From Aliivibrio fischeri ES114 (GTDB lineage: Bacteria > Pseudomonadota > Gammaproteobacteria > Enterobacterales > Vibrionaceae): a stretch of DNA of 32,000 nucleotides. Shown in pieces: positions 17,355 to 26,186 of this stretch. Below the pieces are notes generated by a model. It was not told where the DNA came from. It searched no databases and saw only the letters and a program-made list of their open reading frames with translations. Numbering within the stretch: the first letter of the stretch is position 1; every line of letters starts with the position of its first letter. Location: assembly GCF_000011805.1 (NCBI RefSeq), contig NC_006841.2. One strand, written 5' to 3'. A program made the translations under genes and the position numbers.

Positions 17355-18524
17355 TTAATCTTTATTATTAAAAGTATGAATATTGACGCCTTGAACAACA
17401 CGATTAACTTCACCTGTAGGGCACGGGTTGTCAGGAGTATTTCCTAGTGCAACAGAACGATGGAATGCGTAAGCTTGAGCAAACAACATGTAAGGAAACA
17501 GCAACTCAACATCTGACGCGTTTTCCATCATAGGTACACGAATTACGTTTTCATCTGCAACTACGTCATTAAGTTGAGCGGTAATTGCGATAACTTTTTT
17601 AGCGATATTGTCACGACGAAGTTCAGCTAAAAGATCCAAATCGTATTGACGGGTGTATGGGTCATTTGAAATGAAAACAACAATCATGGTTTCATTATTA
17701 ACAATGGACTTTGGACCATGACGAAAGCCAAGTGGGGAATCAAAACAAGCAACAACTTTACCCGCAGTCAGTTCTAATAATTTCAATGCAGACTCTTGTG
17801 CTAATCCCTTCAAACCACCGCTACCTAAATAAATAACCCTACTAAAATCATGGGAAGCAGTATCTCTAACATTGGAATTAATTTCTTTGATCAACTCCTC
17901 AGAACACTTACAAATACTTTCGATTTCTTTCGAATTGTTATTTTTGTGCGTTAAAACAGAAAAACAAGCTAAAGTCATTGACGAAAAACTAGAGGTCATT
18001 GCGAATGACTTATCATTAGTTTCTTCTGGCATCAGTAATACAAGAGCGTTATCTTGATGCTGAAATTGACTAAATAACGCCCCTTCACCATTGCAAGTTA
18101 AAATAAGATGATGACAATTAGTTAAACATTGATTAGCTAAATCAACTGCTGCAACACTTTCTGGACTATTACCAGAGCGAGCAAAAGAGACCAATAACGT
18201 AGGAATATCTTCTGCAAAATATTCTGCCGGATTAGAGACAAGATCAGTCGTTGAAATCGCTTCCACACGTTGGTGTAATACTTTTGATAATGCCGGAGCA
18301 ACCGCTTGTCCTGCGAATGCTGAAGTACCCGCTCCCGTTAATATAATTCGACGCTCAGAATTCGTATTCCACTTATCTATAAACGACGAGATTTCCGCTA
18401 TATTGTCTTGAATGATTAAGTCAGTTCGGCGCCAACTTTCCGGTTGTTGAGTAATTTCTTTCGCAGTCCAAAAACCAGAAAGCGTTTCTAATTCTGATTC
18501 TGAGTAACCAAGGTAGTGATTCAT
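17355..18524 (-). CDS. agaS: SIS-domain galactosamine-6-phosphate deaminase/isomerase (tagatose-6-phosphate forming)
   Basis: 389 aa. N-terminus ...[12 protein letters not shown] and tandem SIS domains (GAGTSAF..., [18 protein letters not shown]). The start overlaps the kbaZ stop (ATGA). Confidence 0.85.
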   Translation of the reverse strand: MNHYLGYSESELETLSGFWTAKEITQQPESWRRTDLIIQDNIAEISSFIDKWNTNSERRIILTGAGTSAFAGQAVAPALSKVLHQRVEAISTTDLVSNPAEYFAEDIPTLLVSFARSGNSPESVAAVDLANQCLTNCHHLILTCNGEGALFSQFQHQDNALVLLMPEETNDKSFAMTSSFSSMTLACFSVLTHKNNNSKEIESICKCSEELIKEINSNVRDTASHDFSRVIYLGSGGLKGLAQESALKLLELTAGKVVACFDSPLGFRHGPKSIVNNETMIVVFISNDPYTRQYDLDLLAELRRDNIAKKVIAITAQLNDVVADENVIRVPMMENASDVELLFPYMLFAQAYAFHRSVALGNTPDNPCPTGEVNRVVQGVNIHTFNNKD

Positions 18525-19822
18525 AATGCAACGCCTTCTTCTTTATTTTGTTTACAAGCCTTCGCATAACTACGAAGTGTTTGACGGATCTTATCGAGAA
18601 CAAGCTCTTTGGGTTCTAAGCTCAATTGCCCTTCACGAACCGAGCGAAATTGGGATGATAAATGCTGACTAAGTAATGGAAGCGGAATGCCATTACGAGA
18701 TAAATTAGTAAACAAAGTATTCTGCGCCTGATTAATTTTTTCATCTGGCCAGTAATAACGAATGCGATCACTAAAGCTGTAGCTACGAGAGAAACGTTGC
18801 TGGGCTTCATTACCTTGATAATATGGTTGCCAATATTCTGGAGAGTCACACATTTCTTTTTCGATATGTTCACGCAAATCTGAACAATGTGCTTTTGGTA
18901 TCAATTGTTCTTCGATATCACATAGGTTGTATAACGCTTCACGCAAGGCAAAGGTCAGCGCGGGGCCCACTTTCAAAATAGCAAAATGGTCTCTTACAAG
19001 AGCTTGATACGCTTTATCTGTTTGATAATCTGTAGAGTGCGCTTCAAAAACCATGTGTTCAAAGTCATCAACTACTTTACTTAACTCCAAAGCTTCTTCT
19101 GAACGATAATCAATAACACCAGTATGATCAAATTCAACACCTGGCTGTACAACTAAACCAACCACACGTTGCCAACAATCAGCTACGCCTGCTCGTTCAA
19201 ATGCAAATTGATGGGATTGAATGGTTTTTCTTGCGGCCTCTGGTGAAGTAACTTGAAGTGTATCTAACTCCTCAGCAGCACCACCCGGTACCGGAACTTC
19301 TGTACCAATAACATAAACAAGATCGCTATGACCAAAAGAAGAAACTGCCGTATCTTCTGCTATTTTAGCCAATCTAGCAGCACGTTCAGCGACGATTTCA
19401 TCAGATAGAGGGGTTGGATCATCGGCACAAGACATACTGCAGTCTAAATGGATCTTCTTAAATCCAGCAGCAACATAAGCGGCGATAAGATCATCAGCAT
19501 TCACCATTGCTTCTGCAGCTGTTAGTTTCTGCCAACGATTAGGACCAAGGTGATCACCACCAAGAATGAGTTTTTCGGTTGGGAAATTAAGTGATTTTGC
19601 TAGCTGTAGTACAAAGTCTCGAAAATCAGCAGGCTTCATTCCTGTATAGCCACCAAATTGATCAACTTGATTAGAAGTTGCCTCAATAAGTAGCAAGGAG
19701 TCATCACTTAAAGCTTGAGAAAGCGCCGCTTCGATAACTAACGGATGAGCAGAACAAACTGAATAAATTCCGTTTTGCTCACCCGCTTTGTGACGCTGTA
19801 CAAGATGTTGAAAGGTGTTCAT
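18521..19822 (-). CDS. kbaZ: D-tagatose-1,6-bisphosphate aldolase accessory subunit (AgaZ/KbaZ/GatZ family)
   Basis: 433 aa. N-terminus [34 protein letters not shown] closely parallels the remembered E. coli KbaZ N-terminus (..[24 protein letters not shown]..). Confidence 0.85.
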   Translation of the reverse strand: MNTFQHLVQRHKAGEQNGIYSVCSAHPLVIEAALSQALSDDSLLLIEATSNQVDQFGGYTGMKPADFRDFVLQLAKSLNFPTEKLILGGDHLGPNRWQKLTAAEAMVNADDLIAAYVAAGFKKIHLDCSMSCADDPTPLSDEIVAERAARLAKIAEDTAVSSFGHSDLVYVIGTEVPVPGGAAEELDTLQVTSPEAARKTIQSHQFAFERAGVADCWQRVVGLVVQPGVEFDHTGVIDYRSEEALELSKVVDDFEHMVFEAHSTDYQTDKAYQALVRDHFAILKVGPALTFALREALYNLCDIEEQLIPKAHCSDLREHIEKEMCDSPEYWQPYYQGNEAQQRFSRSYSFSDRIRYYWPDEKINQAQNTLFTNLSRNGIPLPLLSQHLSSQFRSVREGQLSLEPKELVLDKIRQTLRSYAKACKQNKEEGVAL

Positions 19823-19825
19823 TTA

Positions 19826-19864
19826 CTAACTCCATACTGCATCCGAATGCAGCTATGGAGTTAG
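19826..19864 (-). promoter_or_regulatory. Very stable 17-bp hairpin filling the agaR-kbaZ gap and sequestering the kbaZ Shine-Dalgarno
   Basis: Minus-strand RNA reads CUAACUCCAUA-G-CUGCAU-UCGG-AUGCAG-UAUGGAGUUAG, then UAA AUG. The outer stem is 11 bp (19826..19836 / 19854..19864), the inner stem 6 bp, with a 1-nt bulge and a 4-nt loop. The 3' arm contains the GGAG that sits 7 nt before the kbaZ ATG. No U-run follows. Confidence 0.6.
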
Positions 19865-19869
19865 GTCGG

Positions 19870-20646
19870 TTACTTTTCTTTTTCGACAATGATTACTTCA
19901 ACTTTCATTTCACGGAGACCTTGTAGGTACTCTTCAGGAATATCAGAATCAGTAACTAAGATATCAATATTTCCGAATTCTCTGATCATATGACAGCTGC
20001 GTTTACCAAATTTGGTTGAATCTGCAACTGCGATCACTTGCTCTGAAATATCACACATAAGTCGGTTAAGGCTTGCTTCTTGTTCATTATGTGTAGTGAT
20101 ACCCGATCTCAAATCAAAACCGTCAACACCCAAAAACACTTTATCAAAGCGATAATTTTTTAGGCTAGCTTCAGCTTGAGAGCCAGAAAAAGAGAGAGCC
20201 TTCTTACGAAGAACTCCACCCGACATCAATACTTCTATACCAGAAGCTGATGCTAATTCCATAGCTACATCCAGACCATTAGTCATGACTACCGCTTGCT
20301 CTAACGACTTTAAGTTAGATGCAATTTCTCGCGTAGTCGTACCAGAATCCAGAATAACGGTGTCACCATTTTCAATCAGTTGTGCCGCTGCGTAACCAAT
20401 AGAAGACTTTGTTCCAATATTTTGATGACGTTTCTCATGAACCGTAAGTTCAGCAATCACACCAGTATTTGGAATAGCCGCTCCATGAGAACGAACAACA
20501 TACCCATTCTTTTCTAAAAAGCTCAGGTCACTGCGAATAGTGACACTAGAGACATCAAATCGTGCAGCAAGGTCCTCTACACGTGCTTTACCATCTTGAT
20601 TAACCACGTTTACGATTTCCATGCGCCTTTCGACAGCACTCATCAT
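19870..20646 (-). CDS. agaR: DeoR-family transcriptional repressor (AgaR-like)
   Basis: 258 aa. N-terminal wHTH ([36 protein letters not shown]) and a C-terminal DeoR sugar-phosphate sensor domain. AAGGAG lies upstream. It is the first gene of the aga-type operon. Confidence 0.9.
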   Translation of the reverse strand: [258 protein letters not shown]

Positions 20647-20678
20647 TTTTTACTTGTCTCCTTAAATCAACGAAATCT

Positions 20679-21002
20679 CTTTCGTTTGATTTCGAATTAA
20701 CCTTACACCTAAAAATTATTCCTACAATATGGAAGTATGAAACTTTTGATCTCTTTCACATTCTTTCGATAATCTTCGCTTTGTTTTTATCTTACGTTAT
20801 TTTTCGTATTTCTTCATATATTACTCTTTGAAAGCAAAAATACCAAATAAATCCCATAGTTAATGCGACTTGCCTTTCATTTATTTTTAGATCTGTAAAA
20901 AAGGAAAATAGTGGACGGTTAAAAATTCATCAGCACTCTCAGATTTTGTGATCACTAACACAGCAAGTTAACTTTCGATCACTTACGATCCGCAAGCTTT
21001 CG
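20679..21002. promoter_or_regulatory. Divergent control region (agaR operon vs Tat-sulfatase/porin) with repeated CTTTCG motifs; candidate AgaR operators
   Basis: CTTTCG occurs at 20679..20684, 20763..20768, 20972..20977 and 20997..21002, and CTTTCA at 20753..20758 and 20874..20879. TTTCGTTTGATTTC (20680..20693) matches 13 of 14 positions of the remembered E. coli AgaR core TTTCRTTTYRTTTY. ACTTTCGAT (20971..20979) and CTTTCGTTTG (20679..20688) are shared with the 6961..7125 region. Confidence 0.45.
20947..20962. promoter_or_regulatory. Candidate cAMP-CRP site
   Basis: TGTGA-TCACTA-ACACA compared with the consensus TGTGA-N6-TCACA (9 of 10 half-site positions). It lies about 95 nt upstream of the sulfatase ATG. 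A TACAAT -10-like hexamer is at 21030..21035. Confidence 0.35.
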
Positions 21003-21056
21003 AAGAAAAATAAACAATAACGAAAACCCTACAATTCAATTTAGTAAGGAGACTCA

Positions 21057-22613
21057 ATGTCTATTACACGTAGAGACATATTGAAAGGTGCAGCCGCGAC
21101 AGGAGCTATTGCTGCAACATCAGTACTGTCTGGTTGCCAAAAAACAGGGGCAACTAACTCAATGGCCGACTTGGCACATAAGATTAAACGTCCAAATTTG
21201 TTAATCATATTTCCTGATGAAATGAGAGCACAAGCACTTGGCTTTATGGGGGAAGACCCATCTCTAACGCCAAACTTAAATCGATTTGCTAAAGATAGTG
21301 CCGTTCTTAAACAAGCAGTATCTAATTTTCCGTTATGTACTCCATTTCGTGGAATGTTGATGACAGGACAATACCCTTACCGCAATGGGATCCAAGGAAA
21401 TAGCCATACAGCCACACCAGGAATGTTTGGCGGTAAAGATTTCGGTATTGAATTAAAAAAGAATCAATCTACATGGTCTGATATTTTAAGCCAACAAGGC
21501 TACAGCATGGGTTATATCGGCAAATGGCATTTAGATGCACCAGAAGCCCCTTTTGTTCCAAGTTATAACAATCCAATGGAAGGTCGCTACTGGAATGACT
21601 GGACAACACCAGATCGTCGTCATGGTTTTGATTTTTGGTATTCATACGGCACCTATGATAAACATTTAACACCAATGTATTGGACGAACGATACACCTCG
21701 AGATCAGCCTCTTCATATTAATCAATGGAGTCCTGAACATGAGGCCGATATAGCCATTAAATATTTACGCAATGAAAACGGTAACTATCGCAATAATGAT
21801 AAGCCATTTACGCTTGTTGTTTCGATGAACCCTCCTCATTCTCCTTATGATCAAGTACCTCAAAAATATCTTGATAGATTCAAAGAAAGTTCAAGAACAT
21901 TAAACTCTCGTCCAAATGTTCAATGGGATAAAGAATACCTAGAAGGATATGGCCCTGAATATTTCAAAGAATACATGGCGATGGTCAATGGCGTTGATGA
22001 ACAATTTGGTCGTATTGTCGATGAACTAGATGCCTTAAATCTTGCGAAAGATACCTTAGTTGTTTTCTTCTCCGATCACGGCTGCTGTATGGGTTCAAAT
22101 GGCAATCCGACCAAAAATGTACATTATGAAGAAGCGATGCGAATTCCAATGATGTTCCGCTGGCCGGGAAAAATTGCACCCAAATCCGATGATCTTCTTT
22201 TTTCAGCACCTGATATCTACCCAACCCTATTTGGATTAATGGGTATGGACGATTTAATTCCAGATACCGTAGAAGGTACTGATTTCTCAAAAACAGTTAA
22301 AAGTGAAAGTGGCGATATTAAACCCACCTCTCAATTTTATACCTTTATGCCTTATGGCGGACAATCTTACGGTCGTCGTGGAATTCGAAATAAACAATAC
22401 ACACTGATGATCGATAGAAAAATAGGTAAGCCATTAACTTATGTTCTTCATGATAATCAAGTAGATCCTTATCAAATGAAAAACATTGCTGAACAACAAC
22501 CCGAACTCATCTCTCAATTAATTCAGAACGAACTCATGCCTTGGCTTGAGCATACTGGTGACCCGTGGCGTCCAACAGAAGTACCTAAAAACACCGCCAA
22601 TGCGTACACCTAA
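21057..22613 (+). CDS. Tat-exported lipoprotein Cys-type sulfatase (S1 family)
   Basis: 518 aa. AAGGAG lies 6 nt upstream. MSITRRDILKGAAATGAIAATSVLSGC combines a twin-arginine motif with an LSGC lipobox. PNLLIIFPDEMR metal-site segment. CxPxR motif in LCTPFRGMLMTGQYP. GKWH and FFSDHG segments. Confidence 0.9.
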   Translation: MSITRRDILKGAAATGAIAATSVLSGCQKTGATNSMADLAHKIKRPNLLIIFPDEMRAQALGFMGEDPSLTPNLNRFAKDSAVLKQAVSNFPLCTPFRGMLMTGQYPYRNGIQGNSHTATPGMFGGKDFGIELKKNQSTWSDILSQQGYSMGYIGKWHLDAPEAPFVPSYNNPMEGRYWNDWTTPDRRHGFDFWYSYGTYDKHLTPMYWTNDTPRDQPLHINQWSPEHEADIAIKYLRNENGNYRNNDKPFTLVVSMNPPHSPYDQVPQKYLDRFKESSRTLNSRPNVQWDKEYLEGYGPEYFKEYMAMVNGVDEQFGRIVDELDALNLAKDTLVVFFSDHGCCMGSNGNPTKNVHYEEAMRIPMMFRWPGKIAPKSDDLLFSAPDIYPTLFGLMGMDDLIPDTVEGTDFSKTVKSESGDIKPTSQFYTFMPYGGQSYGRRGIRNKQYTLMIDRKIGKPLTYVLHDNQVDPYQMKNIAEQQPELISQLIQNELMPWLEHTGDPWRPTEVPKNTANAYT

Positions 22614-22692
22614 ATACACATCTAAAAAGTAACAATGAACACAAATTCAAGATTTAGCAGTGAAACACCCATAACAATAAATAGGGAATATT

Positions 22693-23421
22693 ATGAAACA
22701 ATCTTACAAAGTTATTATCGCTTCTGGTTTAGCAATATTTGCAGCACAAGCCCTAGCCAATGACTATAAAACAACAGTGGAATATCGCCATGAATATAAA
22801 GATGGCAATAATAAGCATGCAGACAGAGTGAAAATGTTCTTAGATACAGGGAAGAATATCGGCTTTGAATTGGATGCAAGATACAACAATAAAGATCAAG
22901 ACCAAATGTACGATGAAATGAGTATGAATGGTTCAGAACTTTCGATTTTCTACTACGATAAAATAGCAGAAAACACGACAGGGCTATTAGGTTCATCACT
23001 CGATTTTAACCCTGATGGTTTAGTGTATGTTCCTTATGTTCGTGTAAACCACTCTTTTGATAATGGATTTAGAGCACAAGCACGTTATAAATGGAAAATC
23101 TGGGATTATTCACAAACTAACGCAGCAGGTGAAAAATACACATCAAAAATCCAAGAGTTAGATACATGGCTTGGTTACAACACGGGAAAATGGGATTTCC
23201 AATACGAGTTTCAGATTTGGAATGAAACCGATGATGATGCAAAACCTCAATTTGATAATGAAAGCTACGACTATCTCCACAATTTCCGCATCATGTATAG
23301 TTTTGTAAACCCTGATGGTACGAAATGGCGCCCATTTGTTGAAGTAGGTAATGTACGCCAAGACAGCTACAGCGATAACCGTCAAACTCGTTACCGTGTT
23401 GGTATCAAATACACATGGTAA
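22693..23421 (+). CDS. KdgM/NanC-family small outer-membrane oligosaccharide porin
   Basis: 242 aa. Signal peptide MKQSYKVIIASGLAIFAAQALA|ND. Alternating amphipathic beta-strand pattern, rich in Tyr/Asp/Asn. C-terminal YRVGIKYTW aromatic terminus. Size matches 12-stranded KdgM-type porins. Confidence 0.7.
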   Translation: MKQSYKVIIASGLAIFAAQALANDYKTTVEYRHEYKDGNNKHADRVKMFLDTGKNIGFELDARYNNKDQDQMYDEMSMNGSELSIFYYDKIAENTTGLLGSSLDFNPDGLVYVPYVRVNHSFDNGFRAQARYKWKIWDYSQTNAAGEKYTSKIQELDTWLGYNTGKWDFQYEFQIWNETDDDAKPQFDNESYDYLHNFRIMYSFVNPDGTKWRPFVEVGNVRQDSYSDNRQTRYRVGIKYTW

Positions 23422-23474
23422 TTATCGACTTAAATAAACACATAATATATTTGTTTATATAAGCCAATAAAAAA

Positions 23475-23501
23475 ACGGCACTTCTATAATAGAAGTGCCG
23501 T
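23475..23501. terminator. Bidirectional rho-independent terminator (porin on + strand, hexosaminidase on - strand)
   Basis: AAAAA ACGGCACTTCT ATAAT AGAAGTGCCGT TTGATT. An 11-bp perfect stem between converging stops at 23421 and 23541. Confidence 0.75.
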
Positions 23502-23540
23502 TTGATTATTTAATGACTGAATTTATGTTTCTAATGTAAA

Positions 23541-26186
23541 TTACTTAACGCTAGTTACACGGCTAACACGCTCACCAGTAAATGATGCTGAACGAATTTG
23601 AACGTCACCAGTTACTTTTGGTTTGTTTGCATTGTCGTATTCAGCCCATGTTTTACCGCCATCTACAGAGTATTGTAGCGTTACGCCTGGGAATGAAATG
23701 TTCATGCTTAGCTCACCGTTCGCAATTTCTGCACCTGGGATTGGTAGACGGTAATCAATGCCCGCTCTTTCAAGCTTAGCTAATTCACGTTGACCCATTG
23801 TGTTTGCAAACTTAGTCCAATCAGCTAATTGTGCTTTCTTATCTACTAGGTTTGTTTGTAGAGAGTACTTAACACCTGCTTTGTATTCATTTTCCCAAGA
23901 TGCTTCATGCCATGCACGCTCAGCCGCTGCAATAACACGTGGGAACACCATGTATTCATATTGCTCATCAGTACGTACTGTTTCAGACCAAAGTTGAGCA
24001 GATAGACCGTAGAAAGGTTTCTTAGGTGTTACTGTACCCGCACTTTCAAAGCCATTACCGTCACGGTCTACTGATGTTTCCGCATTTTGAGGTAGGTTTT
24101 CTGGTGCAAAACCAAACATCTTACGAGTGTCTGTTGCACGTGTTGCCCAGTAGTAACCACGCTCTTTTGCATCCACTTCGTATGGGAAGTCCATGTAAAC
24201 GTAATCTGGGTTAGAGATAACTACGTCGTAACCTTTTTCAGCCCATTCGTAAGCTGAAGCACCACCGCCCCAGTACAATGTGTCCCAGAAGTTAGCACGT
24301 ACTGATTCCGTTGCGAATGCGCCTGCATCTTCAGAGTGTTTTAGGCCATCTTGCCATGCTTGGAAGTGTGGGATACCTTGCTTAGCAACGATCTTAGATA
24401 CTTGCTCTGCGAAGTGGCTTGGTAAATGTTCGAAATCAGCAACTTCACCGCTTGCGATCAGAGACTGACACTGTGGCGATTTTGCAAATGGGAAATCTTG
24501 TTTAGATAGATCTAAATCTCCTTTCCATGCAATTTTCTCTTCATCGTTGATGTCTTGGAAACCAGCGTGAAGTTTGATGTTTTTCGCTTCATCACCACCG
24601 AAGTGCCATGTTGATAGAGGAACACCTGCCGCTTTATGCATTGCTGCAACTTCTGTGATTACTTTATCTACAAACGTTGCAGATGAATCTAGACATGGGT
24701 TGATAAAACTTTGTTTGTTGTAGAACTGAACCGTAGTTACGTTTGATTCATCTTTTGGATCCATCAGACGGTATTGATTCGCTTCTTCCATCTTACCTTC
24801 AGCAGCAAGACGTGCGTAACGCGCTTCCATTGACATAACTGCTGCACGTGAGTGGGCTGGCATATCGATTTCTGGAATCACTTCAATGTTACGGTTTTTC
24901 GCGTAAGTTAAGATTTCTAGGTAATCTTCTGTTGTGAAGTAGCCAGAACCAAAGTTATCTGAATCAGCACCAGAACCTAGTTGAGGTAATAGACAAGAGG
25001 TTTCTGTCTCATCAAAACAACGATTACCACCAATATCCGTTAGCTCAGGAAGACCAGGGATCTCTAAACGCCAACCTTCATCATCAGTTAAGTGAAGGTG
25101 TAGTTTGTTCAGCTTGTATGCCGCCATTTGATCAACAGTTGCTAGAATCGCTTCTTTTGAGTGGAAGTTACGAGCTACGTCAACCATTACACCACGGTAT
25201 TCAAAACGTGGAGCATCTTCTACGTTTAACGTTGGGATTTCTGAGTTATCTAAACTTACTAGAGCAAGTAAAGATTGTACGCCGTAGAATGCGCCCGCTT
25301 GGTCAAATGCTACAACCGTTGCTTTACCTTCAGTCACATCTAGTTTGTATGCACCAGATACACCGTCTTTAAATTGTTTCTTATCAACAGAAACTGATAC
25401 TGGGTACTCACCCGCAGTTTCAAGGCCAAGTAGTTCTGCACGTTGATTTAACGCTGCAAGTTGGTCAGCATCAATTCCGTTTGCAGTAATAGAGATACCT
25501 TTAGCTAAATCTACCGTTTTGTTCGTTAGTGTTGTTTTTAATGGTGTTGGAATAATGTGACCTGCCACATTCTCTTCAACAACATCGGCGTTCTTCTCAA
25601 AACGTGTGTTTGCTGTTGCTACAACGTTATTATCAGCAAGAGTACGTTTTAGTTGAACACCGATGATTTCATCTACGTATTCGCCTGTATCTTCTGTATC
25701 TAAAGAAATGATATTACGAGCTTCTGCACCTGGAGCCGTTACAAATGCACCCGGCATAAAGTCAGTTTCAAATAATTGCCAGTATTCAGCGATCAGTGGA
25801 ATAACCACTTCTTCACCTGCCGCAAAACCATCAAACTTTTCAGTTGGTTCAAGTTTATGCAAATCACCCGTTACGCGAGTAATTTTAAATTGGTCGTTTT
25901 CAACATCTAAAATTAAACGGATGCTGTGGAAATAAATTGTCCAATCTTTTGAATCAATAGCTTCACCTGTATTAGTTAACGTCATGTTTACTTTGTTACA
26001 TGATGCCCATTCAGCTTGAAGCTCTTTACATGCAAGACCGTCATCAGCACCTTGGTTTGTAATAACTGTGTAGTTAATATCTAGGTTTTCAGCTAGTTGA
26101 TTAACCGCTGACTGCTCAGATGATGTTGATGAACAGCCTGCTAGGCCAGCTAGTATTAGGGTTGATAAAAGCGTTTTCTTAAACAT
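23541..26186 (-). CDS. GH20 beta-N-acetylhexosaminidase (chitobiase-like) lipoprotein
   Basis: Track ORF 23541..26276. I prefer ATG 26186 (MFKKTLLSTLILAGLAGCSS, with LAGC lipobox). Catalytic HxGGDE region STWHFGGDEAKN. HLHLTDDEGWRLEI segment. The ~880 aa size is like the Vibrio/Serratia chitobiases. Confidence 0.85.
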   Translation of the reverse strand: MFKKTLLSTLILAGLAGCSSTSSEQSAVNQLAENLDINYTVITNQGADDGLACKELQAEWASCNKVNMTLTNTGEAIDSKDWTIYFHSIRLILDVENDQFKITRVTGDLHKLEPTEKFDGFAAGEEVVIPLIAEYWQLFETDFMPGAFVTAPGAEARNIISLDTEDTGEYVDEIIGVQLKRTLADNNVVATANTRFEKNADVVEENVAGHIIPTPLKTTLTNKTVDLAKGISITANGIDADQLAALNQRAELLGLETAGEYPVSVSVDKKQFKDGVSGAYKLDVTEGKATVVAFDQAGAFYGVQSLLALVSLDNSEIPTLNVEDAPRFEYRGVMVDVARNFHSKEAILATVDQMAAYKLNKLHLHLTDDEGWRLEIPGLPELTDIGGNRCFDETETSCLLPQLGSGADSDNFGSGYFTTEDYLEILTYAKNRNIEVIPEIDMPAHSRAAVMSMEARYARLAAEGKMEEANQYRLMDPKDESNVTTVQFYNKQSFINPCLDSSATFVDKVITEVAAMHKAAGVPLSTWHFGGDEAKNIKLHAGFQDINDEEKIAWKGDLDLSKQDFPFAKSPQCQSLIASGEVADFEHLPSHFAEQVSKIVAKQGIPHFQAWQDGLKHSEDAGAFATESVRANFWDTLYWGGGASAYEWAEKGYDVVISNPDYVYMDFPYEVDAKERGYYWATRATDTRKMFGFAPENLPQNAETSVDRDGNGFESAGTVTPKKPFYGLSAQLWSETVRTDEQYEYMVFPRVIAAAERAWHEASWENEYKAGVKYSLQTNLVDKKAQLADWTKFANTMGQRELAKLERAGIDYRLPIPGAEIANGELSMNISFPGVTLQYSVDGGKTWAEYDNANKPKVTGDVQIRSASFTGERVSRVTSVK

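Noticed and set aside
21030-21035. Precise sigma70 promoter call for the Tat-sulfatase (TACAAT -10-like hexamer), and likewise for the agaR operon.
   Set aside because: No acceptable -35 lies at 16-18 bp spacing. The CRP-like site is about 87 bp from the implied start, which is off the usual helical phasing. The promoter position is therefore not supportable without 5'-end mapping.
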